Part shown: positions 1-9,542 of the stretch, in pieces
Position numbering within the stretch: the first letter of the stretch is position 1
How the letters are laid out: every line of letters begins with the position of its first letter
Assembly: GCA_025061115.1 (NCBI GenBank)
Contig: JANZKC010000003.1
Location: 160,001 to 224,000 of the forward strand
Direction: 5' to 3'
From: Candidatus Culexmicrobium cathedralense
GTDB taxonomy: Archaea > Thermoproteota > Methanomethylicia > Culexarchaeales > Culexmicrobiaceae
DNA: 64,000 bases
Made by a program: the position numbers and the translations under genes
Notes under the pieces: model-generated
What the model was told of the DNA's origin: nothing
What the model saw: only the letters and a program-made list of their open reading frames with translations
The model's database searches: none

Positions 1-650
1 AATAGGGTTATGTTAGGGTGATTGTAGACTGCAGCCATTTTAGGCGATAAGATGCAGAGGGAGCAGTCGTCTGTGGGGAATGTGTAGCTTAGCTGCGCCA
101 TTCTACCTCCAATTGTCGGCTGTCTTTCAACCAAGTATACTTTGCAGCCTGAATCAGCCAGGTCTAAAGCGGCTTGAATGCCTGCAATTCCTCCTCCTAT
201 TACTAAAACTCTCTTACCAATCTCGATTTCTTTAACTTGAAGAGCTTGATTCAGCCTGGCCTTAGCGACGGCTGCTGCCACTTGATCTTTAGCTTTCAAA
301 GTGGCTCCTTCAGGATTGTCGGAGTGAACCCATGAGCACTGCTCTCTTATGTTGGCCATTTCAAGAAAGTATGGATTTAACCCAGCTTCTTCAATAAGTT
401 TTTTAAATGTAGCTTCATGGAATTTTGGGGAGCATGCTGCAATGACGATTCTATTCAGATGGTACTTCTTAATGTCTTCTAGAACCATTTTCTGGGCAGT
501 TTCCGAGCACATGTGCTCATGATCCTTGGCCAAGACAACGCCAGGTAAATTTCCAGCGAAATTTCTTACTTCTTCGACGTTGACGACGTTAGAAATGTTT
601 CCGCCGCAATGACAAATGTAAACGCCTATCCGTACGCCGTCGCTTGTCAT
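1..650 (-). CDS. hdrA: Heterodisulfide reductase subunit A (N-terminal part, runs off window)
   Basis: Manual translation from ATG at 650 (GGTGA RBS): MTSDGVRIGVYICHCGGNI...ACSPKFHE...MANIREQCSWVH...VLVIGGGIAGIQAALDLA...GGRMAQLSYTFPTDDCSLCILSPKM, hallmark HdrA motifs; not in the ORF track because it is truncated. Confidence 0.95.
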   Translation of the reverse strand, partial: MTSDGVRIGVYICHCGGNISNVVNVEEVRNFAGNLPGVVLAKDHEHMCSETAQKMVLEDIKKYHLNRIVIAACSPKFHEATFKKLIEEAGLNPYFLEMANIREQCSWVHSDNPEGATLKAKDQVAAAVAKARLNQALQVKEIEIGKRVLVIGGGIAGIQAALDLADSGCKVYLVERQPTIGGRMAQLSYTFPTDDCSLCILSPKMAAVYNHPNITL

Positions 651-787
651 TAGTATCACCGCTCATCATTGGTTGGATAAAAAGCATATTTATCGCTTTC
701 TTTAAAATTGTAGGCTTAACATGAGTATTTTCCGCGTAAATTATTTAAGATTATTATACATGATTAGCTCGCTGGAGATGGTTTGAA

Positions 788-1183
788 ATGAGTGAGGAGT
801 ATGAAGTTCGTGAAGGACTATATTATACTGAAGACCACACTTGGGCTGAAGTTTTGCCTGACGGAACCGTAAAGGTCGGCATAACGGATTATGCTCAGAA
901 AATGTTGAAGACAGTTAGGCGAGTTAGACTTGAAGAAGTTGGCGCAGAGGTTGAGCAGTTCGAGCCCTTTGGAATTATCGAGTCAACTAAAGCTACTAGC
1001 GACTTAATTTCCCCTGTTAGCGGAACGATTAAGAAGGTAAATGAAAGCGTCCTCCGCCAACCATCAATAGTTAACACTGACCCCTATGGCGCTGGTTGGC
1101 TAGTGATAATTGAGCCTTCAAATCTAGAGGAAGAACTTGAAAGCTTGCTGGACGCTGAAGGATATAAGGAGTACATGGTTTAG
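788..1183 (+). CDS. gcvH: Lipoyl-carrier protein, glycine cleavage H-protein family
   Basis: YYTEDHTW, VGITDYAQ, ESTKA lipoyl-lysine motif, SPVSG, VNTDPYGAGW. Confidence 0.93.
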   Translation: MSEEYEVREGLYYTEDHTWAEVLPDGTVKVGITDYAQKMLKTVRRVRLEEVGAEVEQFEPFGIIESTKATSDLISPVSGTIKKVNESVLRQPSIVNTDPYGAGWLVIIEPSNLEEELESLLDAEGYKEYMV

Positions 1184-1209
1184 CAGCGAATTAAATGCGA
1201 GGCAATCAT

Positions 1210-1674
1210 ATGACTAAACTTGAGCTTCAAAAAGTTCTTTTATATGATCCAAATAAGTGCTCGGGATGCCTCTACTGCATGATAGTATGCTCATATTCTC
1301 ATTATGGAGAAATTTCACTTGATAAAGCTCATCTGGAGGTCTTGAGAGACCCCTTTAATCCAAATATGTTTATAAATGCTCACTGTGCTCACTGTCAATA
1401 CCCATATTGTGAAGCCGCCTGCCCGCTTGATCCTAAAGCCATAGTTAAAGATGAGGATACTGGCTTCGTTTTGATAAATTCAGCTCGATGTATTGGGTGC
1501 AGAAGCTGCAATTATGCATGCCCAATATCAATCCCACATTTCGACGAGATATTCAAAGTAAGTGTCAAGTGCGATGCATGTAAAGGAGAATTTTTATGTG
1601 CCAAGTACTGCAGCACGGGCGCTCTGAGGGTTGTTACGAGGAAAGAGGCGATGGAGGCTCTTCAACATGAGTGA
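1210..1674 (+). CDS. 4x[4Fe-4S] polyferredoxin (CooF/HyfA/DmsB-like electron-transfer subunit)
   Basis: CSGCLYCMIVC, CAHCQYPYCEAACP, CIGCRSCNYACP, KCDAC...CAKYC; likely start ATG 1210 (track start 1195). Confidence 0.85.
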   Translation: MTKLELQKVLLYDPNKCSGCLYCMIVCSYSHYGEISLDKAHLEVLRDPFNPNMFINAHCAHCQYPYCEAACPLDPKAIVKDEDTGFVLINSARCIGCRSCNYACPISIPHFDEIFKVSVKCDACKGEFLCAKYCSTGALRVVTRKEAMEALQHE

Positions 1675-1945
1675 GAAGGAGCTTAAACTCTATCCTTTAA
1701 GAAAGAGGATTATCGGCTTGCCGCAGCCATTTAAGCCTCCAACAAGTGGGATATTGAAGTATGGTCACGTGCCCAGGCTATCAGGATTTTTGCAGAGAAC
1801 TAGATCTAAGCTTGGACTTTCAAAAGCTCCACCTACAGCCTATCAAGTTAAAGAAGCAGTTGAGGAAGTTCAAAATATAATTAGAACTTTAAAGCTGGAC
1901 ATAAAGTTTGCTTGGGATTGGAAGAAAAAGAGATTTCAGTATTAG
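1667..1945 (+). CDS. HdrC C-terminal-domain-like protein lacking Fe-S cysteines
   Basis: GHVP...RSKLGLSKAPPT...AVEEVQNII...FAWDW resembles the C-terminal tail of methanogen HdrC (GH..P...RK.LGL...PPT...ALEEVQ.....G..W); directly upstream of hdrB; no Cys. Confidence 0.65.
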   Translation: MSEKELKLYPLRKRIIGLPQPFKPPTSGILKYGHVPRLSGFLQRTRSKLGLSKAPPTAYQVKEAVEEVQNIIRTLKLDIKFAWDWKKKRFQY

Positions 1946-1958
1946 GAGATGAAACTAT

Positions 1959-2828
1959 ATGGCTAAGTACTCGCTTTTCCTTGGTTGCTACATTCCTTCA
2001 ATGCAGCCATTTGCTGAGGCTGCTCTCCGTAAAATATCTCCTGATCTAAACATTGAATTGCTAGATATTGTTGGAGCCACGTGCTGTCCCGTACCCGAAA
2101 TAGTTAGGCTAGTTGATGATGAAGCTTGGATTACAATTGCAGCTAGAAATTTAGCTCTAGCCGATTCAATGAGTCATGATATCCTCGTATTATGCAATGG
2201 GTGCTGGGAAACCCTTTATGAAGCGAGGGAAAAGTTGCTGCATGATATCAAGCTTAGAAATAAAGTGAATTCGAACTTGAAGCTCCTAGGTAAGAAGTTT
2301 ACTGGAAAAGCTGAAGTTAAGCATTATACTCAAGTGCTGGTTGAAGATGTAGGTTTGGATGCACTGAGAAGGAACATTAAAGTGGATTTAAAGAACTTGA
2401 AAGTTGCTGTTCATCCAGGATGCAAGTTGTATAAGAGTGATGGTGAGAAGCTAGCTAAGTACTTAAGAGATATTGTTGAAGCTTTGGGCGTCCAAGTAGT
2501 TGAATATGGAATTGAAAGAGTTTGCTGCGGATACCCCCTAATGCTTGCATCGGTTGATAAGGCAATTCATGAGAGAACGAAGTGGAAGTTAGATGCAATT
2601 AAGGATGCTAATGCTGATATGATCGTTGTTGCATGTCCAGCATGTTATGATCAATTAGAGAAGGCTCAACTTGCTCTCCGCGATGAAGGGCTAGAGTACA
2701 ATTTGCCAGTTCTTCACCTAACCGAGCTTATAGCCTTAGCTTTTGGCTATAAAGCTGGAGAGATTGGTTTAGACTTGCATGGAATAAGCTGTATGCCAGT
2801 AATTGAGAAACTGGAGGGAGTTAAGTGA
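1959..2828 (+). CDS. hdrB: Heterodisulfide reductase subunit B (two CCG domains)
   Basis: FLGC, TCCP, AARNLALA, CNGC, HPGC, CCGYP, ACPACYDQL, LPVLHLTELIALAFG. Confidence 0.93.
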   Translation: MAKYSLFLGCYIPSMQPFAEAALRKISPDLNIELLDIVGATCCPVPEIVRLVDDEAWITIAARNLALADSMSHDILVLCNGCWETLYEAREKLLHDIKLRNKVNSNLKLLGKKFTGKAEVKHYTQVLVEDVGLDALRRNIKVDLKNLKVAVHPGCKLYKSDGEKLAKYLRDIVEALGVQVVEYGIERVCCGYPLMLASVDKAIHERTKWKLDAIKDANADMIVVACPACYDQLEKAQLALRDEGLEYNLPVLHLTELIALAFGYKAGEIGLDLHGISCMPVIEKLEGVK

Positions 2829-3283
2829 GATTTAAGCAGAAAATGATGGTTTTCTCCCCATGGTTATTTCACCTACATGCTGGGGGCTGCAATGGCTGCG
2901 ATATTGAGCTGGTTGCAGCATTAACTCCCAGATTTGATGTTGAGCGTTTTGGAATAGTGTTGGTCGGTTCGCCAAAATTTGCTGACATTCTAGTTGTAAC
3001 GGGTCCTGTTCCAAAGCAAATCGCACCTTTTCTGAAGAGGGTTTATAATCAAGTTCCAGATCCAAAGGTAGTTGTTGCCGTTGGCTCATGCGCTTGCTCT
3101 GGAGGAGTATTTAATGATGAAGAAGGCGAGGAAACATATGCTATTGTGGGAGGAGTAGATAAGATAATTCCGGTTGACGTTTATGTGCCGGGGTGCCCTC
3201 CAAAGCCTGAAGCGATTATTGATGGTGTAGTTAAGGCGATTAAGATTTTAGCTGAGAAGGCTGGTGGTAGGGGTGAACATTAA
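2825..3283 (+). CDS. Group 4 [NiFe]-hydrogenase small subunit (NuoB/HycG-like)
   Basis: GGCNGCDIE, ADILVVTGPV, GSCACSGG, DVYVPGCPPKPE. Confidence 0.92.
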   Translation: MRFKQKMMVFSPWLFHLHAGGCNGCDIELVAALTPRFDVERFGIVLVGSPKFADILVVTGPVPKQIAPFLKRVYNQVPDPKVVVAVGSCACSGGVFNDEEGEETYAIVGGVDKIIPVDVYVPGCPPKPEAIIDGVVKAIKILAEKAGGRGEH

Positions 3284-3566
3284 GTATAAGTACTTGCCAT
3301 TCATTGCATCTCTAATTGCATCAACTACAGGCATCATATTTGCTTTCATCGTAGAAAGCCCCATATTGCTCTTATTCCTAATCGAGCTGGCATCAACTTC
3401 AGCGTTCTACTTACTATTCCTAGTTATTTTGTCTTCACTTCAACCTGAAAAGGTCGACATGGAAACTACTTTTGCATGTGGCTTGGCTAAACCTCCATAC
3501 CTAGATCCAAACGAACTCTATCAGTTCAAGTTTCCAATAGTTGAGGAGGAAGGGGAAAATGAGTAG
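3264..3566 (+). CDS. Small membrane subunit of hydrogenase complex (NuoA/MbhI-like)
   Basis: Two hydrophobic helices followed by FACG, reminiscent of the NuoA YECG loop; overlaps both neighbours. Confidence 0.55.
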   Translation: MVGVNIKYKYLPFIASLIASTTGIIFAFIVESPILLLFLIELASTSAFYLLFLVILSSLQPEKVDMETTFACGLAKPPYLDPNELYQFKFPIVEEEGENE

Positions 3567-5034
3567 CGAACTTATTTTAACATTAGCTATTCCATTAATT
3601 GCATCAATAACTGTCGCTTTACTTGAATCAAATGTAGCCCACGCTATTTCATTAACAGCTCTCGGGCTAACCCTAATAATAAATACTCACTTACTCACGA
3701 TTTCGCTGGCAGGTACAACTCAAGTTTGTGGCAGTCTAATTGGTGATCCTATTGGCCTGCTGATGAGTGAATTAATCCTAATCGTAGGTTTCATATCTGT
3801 AAGCTACTCCTTCCAATACTTCCCCGTAGGTCAAGATAGGAGAAGCCGCTTTTTTATGGCTTTAATGCTCGCCTTCGCTTCAACCCTTATTGGATTAGCA
3901 CTGTCTTCAAACATTCTAGGAATGCTTCTTTTCCTAGAAGCCTCAACAGTTCTCAGCGTCGTCCTAATAATTTATGGCGAGAGAGGTCGTAAAGCAATGC
4001 TTGCCGCTTCAATATACTTGGTAATGTCCATTGTAGAGTCATTATTGATAGTTGGTGGAATCTACTATTTAGCTAAGGCTTCAAACCTCCAGTTGTCAGC
4101 AATCAATATTTTCAATATTCAAAAATTGCACCCAGTAGCAGAGCCTGAAGCTTCAATTGCAGCTTTCCTTATATTGCTAGGTTTTGGTACTAAGGCTGGC
4201 ATCATACCTTTAGCGTTAATATGGCTTCCAATAACGCATGCAGAGGCTCCATCACCAGTTAGCGCTAATCTCTCAGGTGTGATGATTGAGGCTGCTTTCA
4301 TAGCTACACTCAGATGCGCGTATGCATTACTTCCTCATGCTTCAGATGTTGTTATTACGTTGCTCGCTGGCCTCGGAATGGCTAGCATCTGGGCTGGAAT
4401 TTTTGGCATGATAATAGATAGAGACTTAAAGCGGGTTCTAGCTTTTAGTAGCATTTTAAGCATGGGCAGTGTATGCATGGTAACTGGACTTAGCTTGGCA
4501 TCAAGTGGAGAAAACTTAGCTGCGGGACTTCAAGGCGTATTGTATTATTTAACTGCACATTCAGTTGGAAAGGCACTGCTCTTCTTAGGGAGCGGATCGT
4601 ACTTAAAGAAAATCGGAGAACGAAACTGGACTAAAATGGCTGGCGCAACCAAAATTTTGCCAATAACTTCAGCTCTTTGGATTGTTGGAGCAATTAGCAT
4701 AGCCGGACTGTTTCCTCCTGCGGCAGGATACTACGCTAAACACTTAATGATAAACTGTATAGATAACCTCGAAGTAGCGGTATGCGGCATACCTGCATTC
4801 TACTATAAGTTGTCCCTATATGCTGGAGGGATAGCGATATTTCTCATATTATTGGGGTTTACAGTATTTTCTCTTAGAGGAGCTGGAGAGCCAAATGATG
4901 TTTCAAAGTTAATGTTGATATCAAAAATTGCTCTTGCAGCAATCTGCATAATTTTAGGATTAGTTTCAACTAGCCTTGAACATGAGCTGTTCGCAACAGC
5001 TGTAAATGCAATCTTAAGATTAGGAGGTGGATGA
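3559..5034 (+). CDS. Antiporter-like ion-translocating subunit (NuoL/M/N, MrpD, HyfF family)
   Basis: About 14 hydrophobic segments; FLEAS, GFGTKAGIIP, WLPITHAEAPSPVSA, DLKRVLAFSS, HSVGKALLF. Confidence 0.9.
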   Translation: MSSELILTLAIPLIASITVALLESNVAHAISLTALGLTLIINTHLLTISLAGTTQVCGSLIGDPIGLLMSELILIVGFISVSYSFQYFPVGQDRRSRFFMALMLAFASTLIGLALSSNILGMLLFLEASTVLSVVLIIYGERGRKAMLAASIYLVMSIVESLLIVGGIYYLAKASNLQLSAINIFNIQKLHPVAEPEASIAAFLILLGFGTKAGIIPLALIWLPITHAEAPSPVSANLSGVMIEAAFIATLRCAYALLPHASDVVITLLAGLGMASIWAGIFGMIIDRDLKRVLAFSSILSMGSVCMVTGLSLASSGENLAAGLQGVLYYLTAHSVGKALLFLGSGSYLKKIGERNWTKMAGATKILPITSALWIVGAISIAGLFPPAAGYYAKHLMINCIDNLEVAVCGIPAFYYKLSLYAGGIAIFLILLGFTVFSLRGAGEPNDVSKLMLISKIALAAICIILGLVSTSLEHELFATAVNAILRLGGG

Positions 5035-6679
5035 CGTGGCTGGCATTAGGGAAGTAACCGCTGAACTTGAAAAAATATTATCACCAGACTTTGAAGTTGC
5101 CCGAACAGATGTTAATGGAAATCACATTTACATTAAAACTTCTCCAAACAAACTTCTAGATGCAGCTAGATACTTACTCCTAATTGACGCAAGGTTAGTT
5201 CACGTAACCGCTTCAGATATGGGAACTAAGGGCTTAAAGGTACTTCACATATATGGATTAGATCACTTAAAGCAGCACGCTCACATAATTTTGTATGCAC
5301 TTGTTCCCAGAAATGCTCCAAAGGTTCCTTCAGTTGCTGCTTTAACCTATCAAGCTTCGTGGGCTGAAAGAGAAACAATGGAACTTTTAGGCATAGAATT
5401 TGAAGGTCATCCTGACCCTCGACACATATTCCTTCCATTCGAGTGGCCTAAGCCAGTTGAAAGTGCTGAAGGCGAGTGGAATGAGGTTAAAGTTGAACGC
5501 CGTACTACTCTGCCAATAGGTCCATATCATCCAGCTCTTGTTGAAGGTGGATATTTCAAAGTTAAAGTTGATGGAGAAGAAATTATTGACGTTGATATTA
5601 AGGTTGGATTCAACCATAGAGGTGTGATGAAACTAGCTGAAAGAAGAAGTTTCTGGAAAGACATCTTCCTTGTTGGCAGAATATGTGGAATCTGCAACAC
5701 TCCCCACCGATTAACATTTGCTATCACTGCAGAAGCAATTGCAGGCATTACTCCTCCAGAAAGAGCAGAGTACATTAGAACTTTATTAGCAGAGCTCAAT
5801 AGGATACATAGCCACCTTCTATGGCTCGGCATAGCTTGTGAGCTTATAGGTTTCAAAACTTTACTCATGTGGGCATGGAAAATAAGGGAGCCAATTCAAG
5901 ATTGCATAGAGCTGCTAACTGGAAATAGAGTTCACATGGACGCTATAATTATTGGCGGAGTGAGGCGAGACGTCTCACAGAGCCAAATAACTAAGGTTGA
6001 AGAAAAGCTAAAGCAAGTTAAAAAGGAATTAGAGTCACTAGTTGAAGTAGTATCTACTCATAGCTTAGTTAGAGCGAGAACTGAGGATATTGGTGTGCTT
6101 ACGCTTGCAGACGCCAAGAATGGAGGAGCAGTAGGGCCAACTGCAAGAGCCAGTGGATGGAAAATTGATGTTAGGCGAGACAGCCCATATGCCGCGTATA
6201 GTGAAGAATATACGACTTGGGACGTAGTAGTCGATGATGGAAAAGACGTTCTTGCGAGAGTGATGGTTAGAGTTAAGGAAACATTAGTCTCGATAGATCT
6301 TTGCCTCCAATGTTTAGACGCGTTGAAACGTGTGGGCGGCCCGGTCATTATAAAGGATGTTAAGGAATTTCCCGAAGGTGAAGCTATAAGGAAAACTGAA
6401 GCTCCAAGAGGTGAATTATTCTACTACTTAGCATCAAATGGATTGAATATTCCGCAAACGGTTAGAATTAGAACTCCAAGCTATAGAAATATAGCTGCAC
6501 TAGTGTTTATGCTTAAAGGTTACACTCTTTCGGACGCACCAATAATTATCGGTAGTGTAGATCCCTGCTTCTCATGCACTGATAGAGTAATAATAGTAGA
6601 TGAGAAGAAAGGCAAGAAGGTGACTCTAAATTATGATGAATTCATGAGGGGTTTGGCGGTTAAAAAATTGGAGGAGTAG
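5027..6679 (+). CDS. Group 4 [NiFe]-hydrogenase large subunit, NuoC+D fusion (HycE/HyfG-like)
   Basis: N-terminal NuoC-like WAERETMELLGIEFEGHPDPR; L1 RICGICNTPH and L2 DPCFSCTDR intact; about 30-aa C-terminal extension typical of protease-matured subunits. Confidence 0.93.
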   Translation: MDDVAGIREVTAELEKILSPDFEVARTDVNGNHIYIKTSPNKLLDAARYLLLIDARLVHVTASDMGTKGLKVLHIYGLDHLKQHAHIILYALVPRNAPKVPSVAALTYQASWAERETMELLGIEFEGHPDPRHIFLPFEWPKPVESAEGEWNEVKVERRTTLPIGPYHPALVEGGYFKVKVDGEEIIDVDIKVGFNHRGVMKLAERRSFWKDIFLVGRICGICNTPHRLTFAITAEAIAGITPPERAEYIRTLLAELNRIHSHLLWLGIACELIGFKTLLMWAWKIREPIQDCIELLTGNRVHMDAIIIGGVRRDVSQSQITKVEEKLKQVKKELESLVEVVSTHSLVRARTEDIGVLTLADAKNGGAVGPTARASGWKIDVRRDSPYAAYSEEYTTWDVVVDDGKDVLARVMVRVKETLVSIDLCLQCLDALKRVGGPVIIKDVKEFPEGEAIRKTEAPRGELFYYLASNGLNIPQTVRIRTPSYRNIAALVFMLKGYTLSDAPIIIGSVDPCFSCTDRVIIVDEKKGKKVTLNYDEFMRGLAVKKLEE

Positions 6680-6681
6680 CT

Positions 6682-7674
6682 ATGCTTGTCGCACTTGCAG
6701 TATTAATTCCAATCATAAGCTTCATGATCGGCGTGTTATTGAATTTTGAGATTAGAAAGGTATTTGCAAGAGCTCAATATAGGCTGGGGCCGCTTTTAAC
6801 AATGTACAGCGATTTAAGGGGACTTTTAGGTTTTACGAGAATTTTGCAGCCGCTTTATGATATTTTAAAGCTTTCATATAAGGAGACTCTGATACCTAAA
6901 AGTGCAAATAAAATGCTCTTCACGTCATCTCCATGGATAAGCCTAATACTTGCCGTCGCAGCCTCATACTTCATATCCTATGGAGGATTAACGATTTTAG
7001 CTAACATCGAACTTAGCTTAATCTTCCTAACTTACCTCATCGTAGGAGTATCTCTATTCTGGATTATAGGTGCATCTGCAAGCTCATCACCCTGGGGCGC
7101 TATAGGTGTTAGGCGGGAAGCTGAACTTCTATTCTCAATTGAAGTTGCCCTGTTGTCGTCCATTTTTTCAGCCGCATTATTGGCAAACACTTTATCAGTT
7201 CAAGGCATAGTGAATGCGCAGTTGAAACTGTATCCATACATATTGTTGAACCCATTAGCTGCAATAACCTTCATGATAGCCCTTTTAGGCAAGTTGCAAT
7301 TAAAGCCATTCGACATTCCAGATGCTGAAGTTGAAATAGTGGCCGGTCCATTTACGGAGTATTCAGGAAAGCTTTTAGCATTGCTGCTTGCCTCCAAGTA
7401 CTTTTTAACGGCAATCATGACTGGATTATTCGTCAATATCTTCCTGGGCGGAGGGCAAATTCTACCTCCCACAAATTCATTAAACTTGGCAGTTAATTTC
7501 ATCGTCTTCCTAATACTATGCATTGCAGTGGCATTTATAGCCTCGTTAATCCACGCAGTAGCGCCGCGATTTAGAGTTGATCAGGGATTTAAGTGGGTCA
7601 TAACGCGCCTATGGCCGCTAGCCTTCGCATCGCTTGCCTTATCAATAGTCTTTAAAAGTATGGGGGTGTTATAG
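6682..7674 (+). CDS. Membrane subunit NuoH/HycD-like
   Basis: RKVFARAQYRLGP, QPLYDILKLSYKE, KPFDIPDAEVEIVAGPFTEYSG, PRFRVDQ. Confidence 0.92.
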   Translation: MLVALAVLIPIISFMIGVLLNFEIRKVFARAQYRLGPLLTMYSDLRGLLGFTRILQPLYDILKLSYKETLIPKSANKMLFTSSPWISLILAVAASYFISYGGLTILANIELSLIFLTYLIVGVSLFWIIGASASSSPWGAIGVRREAELLFSIEVALLSSIFSAALLANTLSVQGIVNAQLKLYPYILLNPLAAITFMIALLGKLQLKPFDIPDAEVEIVAGPFTEYSGKLLALLLASKYFLTAIMTGLFVNIFLGGGQILPPTNSLNLAVNFIVFLILCIAVAFIASLIHAVAPRFRVDQGFKWVITRLWPLAFASLALSIVFKSMGVL

Positions 7675-8247
7675 ATGCTGAAAGCCTTAAAGGAAGCTAT
7701 ATCTGCAATTTTTAACCCCGTGACAATCACGTATCCAGCTGGAAAACCTGAGGAAAAGTACAGTCAAATACCAGAAGGTTTGAGAGGGAAGCCGCAGTTC
7801 GATGATGAGAAGTGTATTGGGTGTGCAGCATGCACGGTTCAATGCAGTAGCGGCGCAGATACATTTCGCGACGAAGATGATAAGCGCATTATAGAAATAA
7901 GTTTGACAAAATGCATATTCTGCGGTAGATGTCAAGAAATATGCCCTCAAGAGGCAATTTCCCTAACTCAGGAATTCGAGTTGGCTAGCACTTCTAAAAA
8001 CAACCTAAAAGTTACCATTGAGCACAATCTATTAAAATGTGAAAACTGTGGAGCACCAATTACAACCGAAAAGCAGCTGGATAAAATTGTTGAGAGAATA
8101 TTAAGTCAAATTGATGAGAAAGCGAGAAAAATTGCTGAAGAAGACCTGCCTAAGTACATCCATCTATGTAGGAATTGTAGGAGAAAGTTGAGTTACAAGC
8201 TTAATACGCATCCAAGAAAGCATTACTTATATGTGGATAGCAGTTAG
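7675..8247 (+). CDS. Ferredoxin-like subunit NuoI/HycF-like with extra CxxC...CxxC site
   Basis: CIGCAACTVQC, CIFCGRCQEICP, CENCG...CRNCRR. Confidence 0.88.
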   Translation: MLKALKEAISAIFNPVTITYPAGKPEEKYSQIPEGLRGKPQFDDEKCIGCAACTVQCSSGADTFRDEDDKRIIEISLTKCIFCGRCQEICPQEAISLTQEFELASTSKNNLKVTIEHNLLKCENCGAPITTEKQLDKIVERILSQIDEKARKIAEEDLPKYIHLCRNCRRKLSYKLNTHPRKHYLYVDSS

Positions 8248-8279
8248 CTTTTATTAATCAGCCTGGAGGTTTGATTTGA

Positions 8280-8561
8280 ATGAAATTTAAGGCCGCATAT
8301 AAGGCAGCTAAGCTAATTAAAGTTTCAATTGAAGTTGAGGCTGGAAGAATTAAGAATATCAAGTTTACAGGCGATTTCTTCATATACCCAGAAGAAGCGC
8401 TTGGAAAGCTTGAGGAAGAACTTAAAGGTGCAGAGCTAAACGAGTATAAGTTACTTCAAATCGTAGAGTCCTTTTTCATCAGGGAGAACGTAACTACACC
8501 TTTAATTGAAGCAAGAGATTTCGTTAAAGCAATAATGAAAGCGGTTGGAAGGGAGATTTAG
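8280..8561 (+). CDS. lplB: Lipoate-protein ligase accessory (C-terminal) subunit
   Basis: IKNIKFTGDFFIYPEEALGKLEEELKG, the LplA C-terminal domain as a separate gene. Confidence 0.85.
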   Translation: MKFKAAYKAAKLIKVSIEVEAGRIKNIKFTGDFFIYPEEALGKLEEELKGAELNEYKLLQIVESFFIRENVTTPLIEARDFVKAIMKAVGREI

Positions 8562-9542
8562 GTGGTCGAATATATTAGAGTTTCAATTGGAACTGCTGCA
8601 GTACTAGGCTTGTCAAGAATTAGAATGGCAGCATCCCCTACTACAGCCTATCTAATGACATATTACCCCGGAAAATGCTTAGCTAAATGCAGTTTTTGCA
8701 CTCAATCCAGCGCAAGCATTACCGATGCGCAGTACTTATCTAGAGTATGCTGGCCCAAATTCAAATTCAGTGACGTTGTAAAAGCGCTATCCTCATGCAA
8801 AGAATTCAAGCGAATATGCCTTCAAACAATAATCTATCCAAATATGATCCAAGATGCAGTTGAAATAGTGTCGACTCTTAAAAGCCGTACGGCTTTGCCA
8901 ATATCAGTCTCCGTTCATCCTAAAAGTGTGGATGATGTTAAGCTTCTTATAAATGCAGGAGCGGATAGAATAGGTATTGGATTAGATGTAGCTACGCCAG
9001 AGCTTTTCAAGAAAATTAAGAGGCCATTTTCATGGGATAGAACATTGAAGTTTATTGAAGATTCTATAAAGTTTCTTGGTGAAGGACGTTTAACCTGCCA
9101 TTTAATTTACGGGCTTGGAGATACTGATGAAAGCTTCCTTAAACTTATCTACAAGCTCATGAAAAAAGGCGTTTTCACAAGCTTGTTTGCATTCACCCCA
9201 ATGGAGGGAACGCCTTTAGAAAATCTACCTCCGCCTAACCCATCAAAATATAGGGCAATACAGCTAGCTCATTACTTAATCACAAATAAAATTGCAGATA
9301 TCAGTGATTTCAAATTTCAAAATGGAGATTTAGTAGGTATATCTTTGGAGAAGAAATTGTTAGTTGAAGTTATTGAGAGTGGAAAACCATTCATAACGCG
9401 AGGCTGCCCAAACTGTAATAGGCCCTTCTATAATGAAAGTCCTAGAGGCCCAATATACAACTATCCTTCAATTGAATGGGTTAAAAAGGATATTAATATT
9501 ATCAAGCTTCAATTAAAGCAAGTTTTAGGTGAGATAATATGA
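8562..9542 (+). CDS. lipS2: Radical SAM lipoyl synthase component LipS2
   Basis: CLAKCSFC radical SAM motif plus TRGCPNCNRP, matching the TxGCPxC(N/D)RP signature of archaeal LipS2. Confidence 0.85.
   Translation: MVEYIRVSIGTAAVLGLSRIRMAASPTTAYLMTYYPGKCLAKCSFCTQSSASITDAQYLSRVCWPKFKFSDVVKALSSCKEFKRICLQTIIYPNMIQDAVEIVSTLKSRTALPISVSVHPKSVDDVKLLINAGADRIGIGLDVATPELFKKIKRPFSWDRTLKFIEDSIKFLGEGRLTCHLIYGLGDTDESFLKLIYKLMKKGVFTSLFAFTPMEGTPLENLPPPNPSKYRAIQLAHYLITNKIADISDFKFQNGDLVGISLEKKLLVEVIESGKPFITRGCPNCNRPFYNESPRGPIYNYPSIEWVKKDINIIKLQLKQVLGEII

Noticed and set aside
788-1183. Complete glycine cleavage system
   Set aside because: Only the H-protein is present; no gcvP, gcvT or lpdA in the window
1-6679. 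Possible selenocysteine in HdrA or the hydrogenase
   Set aside because: The relevant positions are Cys codons (DDCSLC, DPCFSC); no in-frame TGA
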